IMG/VR virus record: IMGVR_UViG_3300025571_000015
Span: 1 to 31,015 of that record
Length of the DNA stretch: 31,015 nucleotides
Direction: 5' to 3' (one strand)
Source of the DNA: a virus
Taxonomy: Duplodnaviria > Caudoviricetes
The notes under the pieces are model-generated. The model saw only the letters and a program-made list of their open reading frames with translations, did not search any database and was not told where the DNA came from. Both the position numbers and the translations under genes were made by a program. Below, in pieces: positions 9,093 through 18,589 of the stretch (the first letter of the stretch is position 1; each line of letters opens with the position of its first letter).

Positions 9093-10514
9093 TCAGATCG
9101 TGTCGCCGGTGGCGACCTGCTCGAGCGTCAGGTGGATGCGCTGGACGCTGGTCGTGTTGCGGATCGCGATGTGGCCGACCAGCCTGCGCCTATCGGGGAT
9201 CGTCTCAACCTCGACCGCGAACGCCTCGGTCTCGTCGGCGCCGTACAGCGCGTCGCGCCTGTGCCAGTCGGCGCAGATCGCGACGAGGTCCTTGGTGACC
9301 TCGGCGGCGAGGTGGCCGTGGGCGTCCATGTTCCGCGACCGGTAGGGGCGCATCGCCTCCCTGGCCTGGGCCTCGATCGCCATCGCGACCCGCATCCCCG
9401 CCACCTCGCTGTACTGCGGCCACACGTGCGGGTCGGCGGCGGTGATCGCGTCCTCGGGGAAGATCTCGCCGCGGTCGTTGACGATCACGCTCACGCCGGC
9501 GTCGTTGAGCGCTTCCCGGTCCGCCGGCGAGTAGGTCTGGCTGACGCCGATGATCGACAGGTCGAAGGCGCCGAAGCTGTGCGCCGCCGGCTGGCCGGGG
9601 CCCGGTCCGCTGCTGCGGTCCGTCAGCGCCTCCCGGCCGGCGACGACGCCCTCGGGGGAGACGGCGACGGTCACGCCGCCGACGTCGATCTGCGGCCAGC
9701 CGGCCAGCAGCTGGATCCAGCCGGCGCCCCTGCCGAGCGCCCGGATCTGGCTGGCCAGCGTGATGATCGTGCCGGCGCTGGCGGTGTCGGGGGCGGCGAA
9801 GCGGACGAACCGGTTCGTCGCCTGCGCGTGCCCGATCAGCCCCTGGGCGACCGCGAACGTCGTGTAGCCGGGGGCGGCGAGCGTCCCGGGCCCCAAGTCG
9901 GCGGGCAGCACCGCCGGGCTGACCGCGTCGACGACGTGCTGGTCCCTGATGTTGGCCCGGTCGTCGTCGCCGCCGGACAGGGCGGTCGCGGCCATGCTGT
10001 CGATCGGCCAGGTGCCGGCGCCGGGCTCGGCGACCACCAGACCGGTCGCGTCGAGCGCCGCCTTCGCCGCCAGATCGCTGCTGTAGGTGCCCTCGAGGAC
10101 GGTCGTGTCGCCGTCGGTGAGGGTGATCGTGCAGTCGTTGCCGGTCGTCGCCACCGCGCACCTGACCGCGTGGTAGTCGCCGCCCGGGCCTACCGCCCTG
10201 AGCGTCAGCACCGCGTCGCCCCTGGCGTCGTTGAGCGCGAGTGTCGCGTGCCTGGCGTCCGGGCCGACGAGCCGCGACAGCACGACCCGCCCCCCGCCGG
10301 ACTGGCGGAAGTACTGCTCGACGGTGCGCAGCGTCGTGTAGCCCTGGTGGCCGCCCATGCGGGCGCGCACCTGCGGCCACGACCAGCACTCGACCGGCGT
10401 CCCGACCGGGCCGCGGGCGGTGATCACCGCCGCAAACAGCGTCGAGACATCGCCCGGCTCGAGCGTCGCAGGGCCGCGCTCGCCCCGCTCAACTGTGATC
10501 CCTGGCAGCGGCAC
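9093..10514 (-). CDS. Tail sheath protein
   Basis: 473 aa; N-terminal LPGITVE, RGPVGTPVECWSW, YFRQSGGGRVVLSRL, LSGGDD, REALNDAGVSVI; C-terminal IHLTLEQ. Confidence 0.92.
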   Translation of the reverse strand: MPLPGITVERGERGPATLEPGDVSTLFAAVITARGPVGTPVECWSWPQVRARMGGHQGYTTLRTVEQYFRQSGGGRVVLSRLVGPDARHATLALNDARGDAVLTLRAVGPGGDYHAVRCAVATTGNDCTITLTDGDTTVLEGTYSSDLAAKAALDATGLVVAEPGAGTWPIDSMAATALSGGDDDRANIRDQHVVDAVSPAVLPADLGPGTLAAPGYTTFAVAQGLIGHAQATNRFVRFAAPDTASAGTIITLASQIRALGRGAGWIQLLAGWPQIDVGGVTVAVSPEGVVAGREALTDRSSGPGPGQPAAHSFGAFDLSIIGVSQTYSPADREALNDAGVSVIVNDRGEIFPEDAITAADPHVWPQYSEVAGMRVAMAIEAQAREAMRPYRSRNMDAHGHLAAEVTKDLVAICADWHRRDALYGADETEAFAVEVETIPDRRRLVGHIAIRNTTSVQRIHLTLEQVATGDTI

Positions 10515-10515
10515 C

Positions 10516-10707
10516 CTACCCCTCCTCGCTCGTCCTCTTCCTGGCGGCGGGCAGCTCGATCAGCAGCCCGGACGCGATCTGGTCGCGCGTCACGTCGGTG
10601 TCCGGCGCCTCGCAGCGCTCGCCGTGCGCGAGCGGGCGCCCGCCGTCGAGCGCCACGACCCGGCCGGCGACGCACTTCACGCGCACCGTCCTCTGGCTCT
10701 GGCTCAT
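10516..10707 (-). CDS. Small virion-associated protein (Mu gp38-like position)
   Basis: 63 aa, coupled to the upstream gene, just before the sheath; ...DQIASGLLIE ending. Confidence 0.6.
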   Translation of the reverse strand: MSQSQRTVRVKCVAGRVVALDGGRPLAHGERCEAPDTDVTRDQIASGLLIELPAARKRTSEEG

Positions 10708-11357
10708 CTGGTGATCTCCTCCACCGGCTCGGCGGTGGCGTCGGTGTCTTCCACGACCGGCAGGTCGCCGGGGTCGACCAGCTCGTCGTCGGGCGGCAGG
10801 TCCGGCAGCCTGGTGGTGTCCGACAGCACGTCCAGCAGGACGACGTCGAGCCGGTGGACCGACGAATGCCGGGACCGGTCCCCGTCCGGCGGCAGCTCGT
10901 TGTCGGCCTTGCCCTGCCAGCGCACCATCCCGACCCGGCCGTCGAGCCGGCCGGGCAGCCCGTCGATGAGCGCCTTCGTCGCAGCCAGCGCGAGCACCGC
11001 GGCGAGATCGCCGCCGACCTGCGGGTCGGAGGCGACGACGTAGGAGGCGACGATCAGCGGGAAGGTGGCGGCGTAGGCGCCGTCGCCGTCCTGGTATGCG
11101 ACCTCGACGGTGCCCGGTGCGGAGATGAGGATCGCCGGCTGCTGCTCCTCCGGCAGCCGCACCGTCGCCTCTCGCACCAGCACCGACCGGACCCGCTTGA
11201 CCCGGTCCCCCGGCCCGACGCCGGCGACCGGATGGCCGAGCGCGGCCTGCTGGCGGGCGACCTCGTCACTGTAGATCCCCGTGTACCGGCGGACGATCCG
11301 GGCCGCCTCCTGCTTGAGCGGCCACTCGGTCAGCAGCGGTCCCAGCGCCCGGGCCAT
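10704..11357 (-). CDS. Tail completion/terminator-like protein
   Basis: 217 aa between the gpG-like gene and the sheath; LPEEQQPAILISAPG motif. Function inferred from synteny. Confidence 0.6.
   Translation of the reverse strand: MARALGPLLTEWPLKQEAARIVRRYTGIYSDEVARQQAALGHPVAGVGPGDRVKRVRSVLVREATVRLPEEQQPAILISAPGTVEVAYQDGDGAYAATFPLIVASYVVASDPQVGGDLAAVLALAATKALIDGLPGRLDGRVGMVRWQGKADNELPPDGDRSRHSSVHRLDVVLLDVLSDTTRLPDLPPDDELVDPGDLPVVEDTDATAEPVEEITR
11305..11335. repeat. 31-bp perfect inverted repeat, copy 1 (partner 21339-21369)
   Basis: gcctcctgcttgagcggccactcggtcagca is the exact reverse complement of 21339-21369; it covers codons 8-18 (LLTEWPLKQEA) of the 10704-11357 gene. Confidence 0.95.
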
Positions 11358-11842
11358 CAGAGGAACCCCCGGGCGAACTGGATCCCGGCGCCGATGATGA
11401 TCCCCCGCTGGATCATCCGGGGGATCTGGCGGCGCATGCTCTCGGGCAGCTGGACCGGCCGGCGGCGCGGCATCCGGGAGGTGCCGTGCTGGTGGAAGGC
11501 CGCGTACGGGACGGTGCTGCCGAAGTCGAGCCCGTCCGGGCGAGCGATCGCGATCTGGTCGGGGTGGCCTGGCTCGGTGAGCGAGTCGCGCAGCCGCCGG
11601 GTGGCGTGCAGGATCCGCGGGTCCAGCCCGGCAGCCTGCTTGGCCGCGACCGTCGACGGGGCCAGCGGCGCCCAGCCCCCGGAGCCGAACCGGCCCTCAC
11701 TGTCGAACTGGCGGGTGAGCGCCGACCGGAGCACGTCGGCGACGTCGCTCATGACCGGAGTGAGGTCGACGGCGGCCCGGCCGATCCCGATCAGGTCGCG
11801 GGCGACCGCGTCCTCCCCGAGAATGGTCAGTTCGACGCGCAT
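11357..11842 (-). CDS. Phage virion morphogenesis protein (Mu gpG-like neck protein)
   Basis: WAPLAPST...ILHATRRLRDS...GSTVPYAAFHQHGTSRMPRRR signature. Confidence 0.88.
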   Translation of the reverse strand: MRVELTILGEDAVARDLIGIGRAAVDLTPVMSDVADVLRSALTRQFDSEGRFGSGGWAPLAPSTVAAKQAAGLDPRILHATRRLRDSLTEPGHPDQIAIARPDGLDFGSTVPYAAFHQHGTSRMPRRRPVQLPESMRRQIPRMIQRGIIIGAGIQFARGFL

Positions 11843-12319
11843 CTACCAGTCCACCCCCTTGGGGAACCGGAGGGCCGGGCCGGCGCCGACAGGCGCCAGC
11901 GCGCCCCCGTCGTCGTCGGGGTCGTCCGGGTCGAGCGGGCAGCGGGCCACGACGGCCGCCCACACGGTCCTGCTGGCGCCGTCGTACATCGACGCGAACG
12001 CCTCGAATGCGCTCGTCTCGCCTCTCGTCGCCTCCGGGAAGTACGAGGCGCAGACGAGCTGGCAGGCCCGGTAGAGCGCGGCGGTCCTGGCCGACTCCTG
12101 CAGGTCGGGCCTGCACGGCTGCCGGCCCTCGAAGCCGGCGGCGACCTCGCCGCAGGCGATCCCGATGATCTCCTCGACCGCCTCCAGGGTCGGCCGCGTG
12201 GTGGCGGTGAACCTGCCGAGCTCGCCGGCCGGCACCTCAGCGCCGGTCTCCGCACCACGGGTGTAGGCGCGCAGCAGCGCCGCCACCTGGTCCGGGGTTG
12301 GGGCCCACGCCGGCGCCAT
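11843..12319 (-). CDS. Head-to-tail adaptor
   Basis: WAPTPDQVAALLRAYTR...GRFTATTRPT...ASYFPE resembles actinophage adaptors; synteny after the capsid gene. Confidence 0.7.
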   Translation of the reverse strand: MAPAWAPTPDQVAALLRAYTRGAETGAEVPAGELGRFTATTRPTLEAVEEIIGIACGEVAAGFEGRQPCRPDLQESARTAALYRACQLVCASYFPEATRGETSAFEAFASMYDGASRTVWAAVVARCPLDPDDPDDDGGALAPVGAGPALRFPKGVDW

Positions 12320-12474
12320 CAGCACTCCGCCTGCTCGTCGAGGTAGACGGCGACTCCGCCGGCGACGAGAGCGGCCGCGACACGGGCGTCGACAACGATG
12401 ACCTCGCCGGCCGCACGCGGCCGGCCGGCGACGGTCGTCCCGTCGCCGATCCTCGTGATCTTCACCCGGGCCAC
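12319..12474 (-). CDS. Small hypothetical virion protein
   Basis: GTG after GGAGG (alternative ATG 12489); GEVIVVDARVAAALVAGGVA is typical of small post-capsid genes. Confidence 0.6.
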   Translation of the reverse strand: MARVKITRIGDGTTVAGRPRAAGEVIVVDARVAAALVAGGVAVYLDEQAEC

Positions 12475-12491
12475 GGCCGCCTCCCCCATGG

Positions 12492-13433
12492 CTAGCTGCT
12501 GGACCTGTCGAGGTCGGTCAGCTCCCAGATCGCCCACCGGTTGTCGACCGCGATCACCGGCTTGGCCCTCGACTGGACCCACGTGACGTCGCGGCCCTCC
12601 TCGCGGTAGGTGACGGTGCCCATCGGCGCCTCGGTGCCGACGACCCCGACCTGGCGGGCGGCGACGAACTTCGCCTGCCCCGCCCTCTGGTAGCTGCTGA
12701 CGAACATGCGCCTGATCCCGAAGCGGGACAGCACCCCCTCGACCCCGCCCGGCCGTTCGCCGTAGATCAGGTCGAGGTGCATCGCCTCCTGCGGGTTGAC
12801 GATCAGCGTGTCGAACCGCAGGCCCTGCCTCTCCTCGCGGGCGCGCTTGACGACCGCCGCGAAGTCCGCCGCCGGCGTCGCCGCCGGGTTGGTGTCGGCC
12901 AGCCTCACCCTGGTCGCGTCGACCCAGGAGCCGCCGGACGCCGTGCGCACCCCGCCGGTCGACCTGTCCCTGTCGACGATCGCCGCGTCCAGGACCGCCA
13001 TCGCGACCGCGTTGAGCTGCGCCGCCAGCGTGTTGGCCAGCTTCATCTGCTCCCGGTTCCAGATGTCGATCCGGTTGCGCTGCCTGGCCTCGTCGCTGAT
13101 GTAGATCTTGCCGCCGAACTTGCGGACCCGCGCGACCTTCGGCTCACCGATGTCCGAGGTGAGGATCGGGTACTCGGCGCCAGGCTCGATCTCCTGCACG
13201 TCCCGGTCGGCGTACAGGTTGTTCTCCAGCACCGGGTTGTAGAGGATCGCGCCGCCGGAGACGTTGCCGATCGACGCGAACACCTCGCCGACGAAGAAGT
13301 CCTCGGACTGGACGATCATGTCGGCCAGCGCCCGAGTGATCGTCGTCGGGCTGTTCAGCCACTGGTCGACGGTGATCTCGGTGCCGCTCGTCGTCGGCGC
13401 GCCGAGCGGGAACTGGGATGGATTAGGTGCCAT
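12492..13433 (-). CDS. Major capsid protein (HK97 fold)
   Basis: 313 aa; EIEPGAEYPI...ARVRKFGGKIYISDEARQRN, DTLIVNP; strong RBS AGGAGG before ATG 13433. Confidence 0.9.
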   Translation of the reverse strand: MAPNPSQFPLGAPTTSGTEITVDQWLNSPTTITRALADMIVQSEDFFVGEVFASIGNVSGGAILYNPVLENNLYADRDVQEIEPGAEYPILTSDIGEPKVARVRKFGGKIYISDEARQRNRIDIWNREQMKLANTLAAQLNAVAMAVLDAAIVDRDRSTGGVRTASGGSWVDATRVRLADTNPAATPAADFAAVVKRAREERQGLRFDTLIVNPQEAMHLDLIYGERPGGVEGVLSRFGIRRMFVSSYQRAGQAKFVAARQVGVVGTEAPMGTVTYREEGRDVTWVQSRAKPVIAVDNRWAIWELTDLDRSSS

Positions 13434-13450
13434 CGTTCCTTCCTCCTGGC

Positions 13451-13849
13451 TCACGCGCCGAGCGTGAGCGCGACCTGGACCGTGTCCGAGCCGGAGGCGT
13501 CGGTGAGCGCGATGCCCACCACGACCGTCGCGGCCCTCTTGCCGTCGAAGTCGACCGCGGTGGCCCTCACGGCCCCGCCTCTCGACCCGACGCTGACCTC
13601 GTCACCGGCGCTGATCGCCGACTCGGCGGCGACGTCGAGCACCCCGCCGCGGGTCACCAGCAGCTTCTCGCCCCTGGCGCGGGACGTGACCGCCACGCCG
13701 AGCGGCCGGACGCCGGCGCTCGCCGTCTGCACGGTCGGGTTCCCGTCGGTCGGCTCGCCGCTGACGGCGACGAACGTGCCCTCGGCGACATCCGCCGCGG
13801 CGTGGCACGTGATGTCCACGCCGGGCTTGAAGAGGTGGATCACGGCCAT
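13451..13849 (-). CDS. Capsid decoration/cement protein (DUF2190-like)
   Basis: 132 aa; ITCHAAADVAEGTFVAV...PLGVA...AISAGDEV...VGIALTDA; lies directly before the major capsid gene. Confidence 0.8.
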   Translation of the reverse strand: MAVIHLFKPGVDITCHAAADVAEGTFVAVSGEPTDGNPTVQTASAGVRPLGVAVTSRARGEKLLVTRGGVLDVAAESAISAGDEVSVGSRGGAVRATAVDFDGKRAATVVVGIALTDASGSDTVQVALTLGA

Positions 13850-13850
13850 C

Positions 13851-14420
13851 TCAGCTCACCTCGATCCCGTAGTTGGCCCTCATGTAGGCGCGGTAGACGT
13901 CCTCGCTGATGCCGCCCTCGCCGTCGACCGGCTGGCCGCCCGCCCCGGCCGCCTCGACCGGCACCGCCGACCCGCGGGCGCGCGCCTGCAGCAGCGCCAC
14001 CCCGGTGTCCTCGTCGGCGTCGAGCAGCCTGCGGTAGTGGTCCCGGTCGGCGGGGGCAATACGCCCCTCGCGGATCGCCTCGGCGACGATCCGGTCCCGG
14101 CGCTCCATCGTCTCGCGCTCGGCCCGGGCGGCCTCCCTGGCGCGCAGCTCCGCCAGCTCCCGCGACAGCCTCGCGATCTCCGCCTGGGCTGCGACCGGCA
14201 GCGGCTCCCGCGGCTCGCTCTCGGCGCCCTCCCCGGGCTCGCCGCCGTGCTCATCGCCGGTCGGCTGGTGGGCGGACTCGCCGCCGTCCGTGTCGGCGGA
14301 GGCGGTCACGTCCCGGTTCTGGCTGGCCGGGTCGGTGTCGAGCGCCGCCCGGATCTGCTCCTCGGTCGCATCCTCGGGCAGACCGAGGTGCCGACGCAGG
14401 AGCGTGGTGTCGACGTCCAT
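13851..14420 (-). CDS. Nested in-frame scaffolding protein (Mu gpZ-like)
   Basis: Internal ATG 14420 preceded by AGGAGGAG; MDVDTTLLRRHLGLPEDATEEQI is a typical scaffold start. Confidence 0.65.
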   Translation of the reverse strand: MDVDTTLLRRHLGLPEDATEEQIRAALDTDPASQNRDVTASADTDGGESAHQPTGDEHGGEPGEGAESEPREPLPVAAQAEIARLSRELAELRAREAARAERETMERRDRIVAEAIREGRIAPADRDHYRRLLDADEDTGVALLQARARGSAVPVEAAGAGGQPVDGEGGISEDVYRAYMRANYGIEVS

Positions 14421-15317
14421 GATGGTCGACTCCTCCTGGTAGTCTGGCCCCGCGGACGCGGCGGCCGTTGTTGACACGGCTCCCGCGCGCGACTGCTCGC
14501 GGGAGGTCCACACCGCCAACGCGGGCGCAGGCCGTCTGGCGGCGGCGGTGATCGGCACGTCCTGCTCGACCACCTCCGTCCAGTCGCCGAACGCGACCCT
14601 GTCGCCGTTGACGGTGAAGTCCAGTCGGTACAGGCGGCCGGCGGCATCGTCCTGCACCTTCAAGTACGGGTGCCCGTGGTCGTCGAAGCGCAGCGACCGG
14701 ATCCACAGGTCCAAATGGCTCCCGACGCCGTCGGGCGCGTCGATTCTGCCGTCGTCGAGCGCCTCGTAGAAGCGGCGACGCACCACGTCCTGGTCGAGGC
14801 CGGCAGCGATCCGGCCGGGGCGTGCGGGCATCCGGGCAATCACCTTCGTCGGTGTGGCGGCCGGCCCGTCGGCCAGCACCTCGCTCAGGTCGGGCAGCGT
14901 CGCGACGCCGGGCAGGTCGACGCCGAGCAGCGCCACCGCGGTGATGACGAGGTCATGCGTCTTACCGGTCGGGGACTGCCACGACTGGTAGCCCTCGATC
15001 GACCGGGACGGGTACGCCCACTCGATCGTCTCGGCCAGCCACCTGGGCACCATGAAGTCGCCGAGCAGCGTCTGGCCGTCCGCGGAGACGCGCATGTTGT
15101 CGACCCAGCCGAACGCCGGCTCGCCCCCGTGCGCGCCGGGGTCGAACGAGGCGGCCAGCCCGTCGATCTTGACCCGCGGCGCCTTGACCGCCGGGTCCCT
15201 CAGCGCCTCCACCGCGGCGACGAGGTCCTCCTCGGTGAACGTCGCCTCGCCGCGGGCGAGCCGGTAGGTGCCGGTCGCGCAGATCGGCACGTCCGGGATG
15301 CGCACCAGCTCGGCCAT
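13851..15317 (-). CDS. Mu gpI-like prohead protease with C-terminal scaffold
   Basis: ATG 15317 (TGATG overlap with portal); GEPAFGWV, LLGDF, YPSRSIE, ITAVALLGVDLPGVATL; C-terminal coiled coil and AIREGRIAPA. Confidence 0.85.
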   Translation of the reverse strand: MAELVRIPDVPICATGTYRLARGEATFTEEDLVAAVEALRDPAVKAPRVKIDGLAASFDPGAHGGEPAFGWVDNMRVSADGQTLLGDFMVPRWLAETIEWAYPSRSIEGYQSWQSPTGKTHDLVITAVALLGVDLPGVATLPDLSEVLADGPAATPTKVIARMPARPGRIAAGLDQDVVRRRFYEALDDGRIDAPDGVGSHLDLWIRSLRFDDHGHPYLKVQDDAAGRLYRLDFTVNGDRVAFGDWTEVVEQDVPITAAARRPAPALAVWTSREQSRAGAVSTTAAASAGPDYQEESTIMDVDTTLLRRHLGLPEDATEEQIRAALDTDPASQNRDVTASADTDGGESAHQPTGDEHGGEPGEGAESEPREPLPVAAQAEIARLSRELAELRAREAARAERETMERRDRIVAEAIREGRIAPADRDHYRRLLDADEDTGVALLQARARGSAVPVEAAGAGGQPVDGEGGISEDVYRAYMRANYGIEVS

Positions 15318-17530
15318 CAGGCAGCCACCTCCTGCTCGCTCTCGAGCACCCCGACCAGGACGCACCGGCAGCGGGCGCCGCCCTGGCAGTCGCGGTTGCC
15401 GCCGCCGCCCGGGAACTGCTGCAGCGCCTCGTCGAGCGACTCCCAGGTGGTGCCGTCCCAGTCGATGCACGGCTGGCAGGTGTTGGTGTCCAGCAGCGCC
15501 GACGCGTACACCTGCCGGTAGGGGGCGGCGTCGAGCGCGTGGGCGCGGCCGGCGTTGATCGCCCGGGACGCCATGCCGCCGGCGGTGTCGCGCGGCTGGG
15601 CGTCGGTCAGCTCGCCGATCGCGTCGGTGACGGTGGCGGCCACCTCCCTGCCGGGGGCGCCCGGGGCGGCCCTGGCGGTGGCGGCGTTGACCGCCGTCTC
15701 GACCAGCCCGCGAGCGAGCCTCGCGACCGCCGCCCTCGCCTCCAGCCCGGCGCGCTCCCTATAGTCCGGCGGGGCGATGTCGACGCTGCCGCCCTGGCGG
15801 GCGATCTCGCCCGCCACCTGGCCGGCGCCGACCGTGGCGGCCTCGTCCATGAGCCTGGCGAGCCTGTCGACGTCCATGCTCGCGGCGGCGGTGGCGGCGA
15901 CCGGGGCGAGAGCATCGGCGAGCGTCAGAGGCTCGACCGTGTCCATCTCGGCGATCGCGTCGACGATCGCGGCAGCGATCGCCTCCCGGTACCTGGCAAG
16001 CAGCACCGTGGCCGCGTCACGGACGGTGGTCCAGTCGTGCTCGAGCTCGGCGAAGTCGATTCTCGACTGCTCCTCCAGCCTGGTTGGCTGGCGGCGCAGC
16101 CTGCGGTCCGGCAGCGGCACGTCGGCGGCGGCGGCGACGGGACGGCGGGCGCGTCCCAGCGTGGGAGCGGAGGTCGAGAGACGCCCCCGCCGTCCGTTCG
16201 CCGCGACGGGCGCCAGCCTCTCAACGGCGCCCGAAGGTTCAGCCGGAGGCGGCGGGCCCTCCAGCTCGTTCAGGCCGGATATCGCGCGGGCCTCGTCGGC
16301 GGACACGATGCCGTAGTACGTCGCCAGCCCCATCCGCTGGAGCGCCAGCCCGGCTCGCTCGGCGCGCTCGAGCGGGCCGCCACCGTCCTCGTGCTCGTCG
16401 CGCTGCCACACGATCTTCGGGCACGGCGCGTCCGGCCCGAAGTTCCAGGCGACCCAGCGCTTGACGAGCTGCTCGTTGAGGACGTCGCAGCGCCAGTTGA
16501 CGAGCACGTCCAGGTACATGTCGAGCAGGTTCTTGTGCGTCTCGGCCAGGGCGCGGGAGCCGTACGACTGGCCGACGGTCTGCAGCACCTGGCCGCCCAG
16601 CGCGACCGCCATCTCCTCGTTGTGGAAGCGCGCGGAGTCGATCGGCGACGAGGTCGAGCCCGACACGCCGGCGAGCCCGAACCTGGCGCCGTGCGGCACG
16701 ACGACGTTCGTGTCCTCGCCGGCCGCGAGCCGCGACAGCAGCTCGCTGAACCGGTCGATGTCGGCCCTCGACGCCCCCTCGGGCGCCTCCCCCCACGGGA
16801 CGCCCATCGCGTTGCGGTCCTGCTTGACCCCGTCGATCCGGACCATCATGTCCTTCGCCAGCCAGGGCCTGTACAGCGGCCGCAGCATCGACCGGCCGCG
16901 CGGGTCGCCGGGCTCGCCGCCCCACGTGTAGACGACGAGATGGTCGGCGCGGAGCCTCGCCGGCTCCCACTCGCCGACGTCCTGGTCGATCCACAGCAGC
17001 CGCCCCTGCTTGTCGATGTGCCAGTCGCGCAGCGTCCTCGCCGGCCGGGGCGCCAGGTCCCTCAGCCGCCACAGCCCCTGCTCGTCGATCTCGCCGACGA
17101 TCTCGAAGACCGCGTGCCCGTCGCGCAGCGCCCACATCTCGCGGGTCATGTGCCGGCGGTGGCTGAAGCGCAGCGGGTCGCGTTCGTCGGGGGCCGGCTC
17201 GATCACCAGCCGCTCCCCGTCCATCCGGCCGAGCGGCAGGTCGAGATCGTCGGCCAGCAGCGCCGCCACCTCCGGGTCGGCCGCCCGGGGCACGAGCGCG
17301 ACCCGGTAGCGGTGGGGCGGGAGGGTGATGAGCTGCCAGAGCGCCCAGACGCGCGGGTCGTCGAGCATCGCCGCATAGGTGGTCAGCGACCTCGGCCACT
17401 GCAGCGCCGGGACGCGCTCGTCGGGCGGCGGGAGGACACCCCAGCCGGGTATCCTCCAGCGGCCCGACCAGACGACGTCCGGCCGGACGGTTCCTTGCTC
17501 CCTGGTCGGGGCTCTGGCGAGCGCGCTCAC
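15317..17530 (-). CDS. Portal protein (Mu gp29/DUF935-like) fused to gpF-like minor head domain
   Basis: GDPRGRSMLRPLYRPW, DRNAMGVP, SYGSRALAETH, NEQLVKRWVAWNFG portal motifs; C-terminal SALLDTNTCQPC...DG...CRC gpF motif. Confidence 0.88.
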   Translation of the reverse strand: MSALARAPTREQGTVRPDVVWSGRWRIPGWGVLPPPDERVPALQWPRSLTTYAAMLDDPRVWALWQLITLPPHRYRVALVPRAADPEVAALLADDLDLPLGRMDGERLVIEPAPDERDPLRFSHRRHMTREMWALRDGHAVFEIVGEIDEQGLWRLRDLAPRPARTLRDWHIDKQGRLLWIDQDVGEWEPARLRADHLVVYTWGGEPGDPRGRSMLRPLYRPWLAKDMMVRIDGVKQDRNAMGVPWGEAPEGASRADIDRFSELLSRLAAGEDTNVVVPHGARFGLAGVSGSTSSPIDSARFHNEEMAVALGGQVLQTVGQSYGSRALAETHKNLLDMYLDVLVNWRCDVLNEQLVKRWVAWNFGPDAPCPKIVWQRDEHEDGGGPLERAERAGLALQRMGLATYYGIVSADEARAISGLNELEGPPPPAEPSGAVERLAPVAANGRRGRLSTSAPTLGRARRPVAAAADVPLPDRRLRRQPTRLEEQSRIDFAELEHDWTTVRDAATVLLARYREAIAAAIVDAIAEMDTVEPLTLADALAPVAATAAASMDVDRLARLMDEAATVGAGQVAGEIARQGGSVDIAPPDYRERAGLEARAAVARLARGLVETAVNAATARAAPGAPGREVAATVTDAIGELTDAQPRDTAGGMASRAINAGRAHALDAAPYRQVYASALLDTNTCQPCIDWDGTTWESLDEALQQFPGGGGNRDCQGGARCRCVLVGVLESEQEVAA

Positions 17531-17561
17531 CTAGCCGTCTCCCCCTCCAGATGGACGGCGG

Positions 17562-17837
17562 TCACTGCGGCAGCCGCTCCCGGTCGCTGGTCGGGTCCGG
17601 CACGGTCGCCGGGTTCGTCGCCACCTCCACCCCGCCGGCCAGCTCGGTGATGTAGGCGAAGATGACGCCGATCGCGACAAGCGCCGCAGTCACCTTCGCC
17701 GTCGTCTCCCCGCCCAACGACAGGCCGAACGGCTCGACCAGCGCGGCGACCGTGGCGACGAGCGACGCGGCAGTGACGGGGGCGCGCAGCCGGACGATGT
17801 CGGCGGCAAGGTGGCGCAGGAAGACGGTGAGGCTCAT
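17562..17837 (-). CDS. Holin
   Basis: 91 aa with two hydrophobic helices and a charged C-tail; ATGA-coupled to the lysozyme gene. Confidence 0.7.
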   Translation of the reverse strand: MSLTVFLRHLAADIVRLRAPVTAASLVATVAALVEPFGLSLGGETTAKVTAALVAIGVIFAYITELAGGVEVATNPATVPDPTSDRERLPQ

Positions 17838-18589
17838 CGGCACATCTCCTTGTCGAGGGCGCGTCTGCGGAGGGCGCGGAAGCGGACAGCACGCCGCCGC
17901 TGGTCCCAGCCGGACCGGCGGGCGGCGACCTGGACACGACGGGCCTGGGCGCGCAGCCGGCGGCACAGCAGAGCCGGCGCCGGCCTGCCCGCCTGGCGGC
18001 GGCGGTCGAAGCGCCCGATCAGCGTCCTCTCCAGCCTGCTGAAGCCGGCCATCTGCGGGGCCGGGTCGGGGGTCAGGAACAGCTCGCGTTCGGCCTGGCG
18101 GCGGCGGACGAGGCCGGGCAGCACGCGGCCGCCGGCCTTCGTCCAGCGCAGCAGCTCGTCGGCGGCGCGGCGCCATTGGCGGGCGCGGAGCGCGCGGCCG
18201 ATGCCGGTCGAGGCGGCGACGCCGCCGGTCCCGACGTTGTAGACGAAGCTGACGATCGCGTCGAACCGGTGCTGGGAGCGCAAGTCGAGCGCGCGGACGG
18301 TCGGCTCGTAGCGGCTGGCGAGGGTGCGGCGCAGGTGCTGGTCGCACTGGGCTTCGGTCGCGACCGGCGGCAACGACAGCAGCTCGACACCGGTCGCCCC
18401 ATAGCACTGGGTCGGCACCCCGACCGGGTCCAGATAGCGGGCCGGGTAGTAGCCCTCGAAGTGCTTGATGAGCGCGATGCCCCTCGCGCCGGTGTGGGCG
18501 GGCGCCGTCGAGGCGGCGGCCGGGGGGACCGCGGCCGTGCACGCGAAGAACTCGGCCAGCAGCGTGACGATCGCGGCCCGGCGGGTCAT
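17834..18589 (-). CDS. GH24 phage lysozyme with N-terminal signal-like peptide
   Basis: E-X8-D-X5-T triad (FEGYYPARYLDPVGVPT), FDAIVSFVYNVG, LPGLVRRRQAERELF; start ATG 18589. Confidence 0.92.
   Translation of the reverse strand: MTRRAAIVTLLAEFFACTAAVPPAAASTAPAHTGARGIALIKHFEGYYPARYLDPVGVPTQCYGATGVELLSLPPVATEAQCDQHLRRTLASRYEPTVRALDLRSQHRFDAIVSFVYNVGTGGVAASTGIGRALRARQWRRAADELLRWTKAGGRVLPGLVRRRQAERELFLTPDPAPQMAGFSRLERTLIGRFDRRRQAGRPAPALLCRRLRAQARRVQVAARRSGWDQRRRAVRFRALRRRALDKEMCR

Noticed and set aside
2104-11357. Stand-alone eCIS/tailocin locus
   Set aside because: Intact-looking capsid, portal, protease and terminase genes are present, so it is a phage tail.
228-17650. Long plus-strand ORFs (228-2168, 5767-8631, 8901-12074, 12777-14474, 15539-17650)
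   Set aside because: These are antisense shadows of recognisable minus-strand genes, caused by high GC; they have no motifs.
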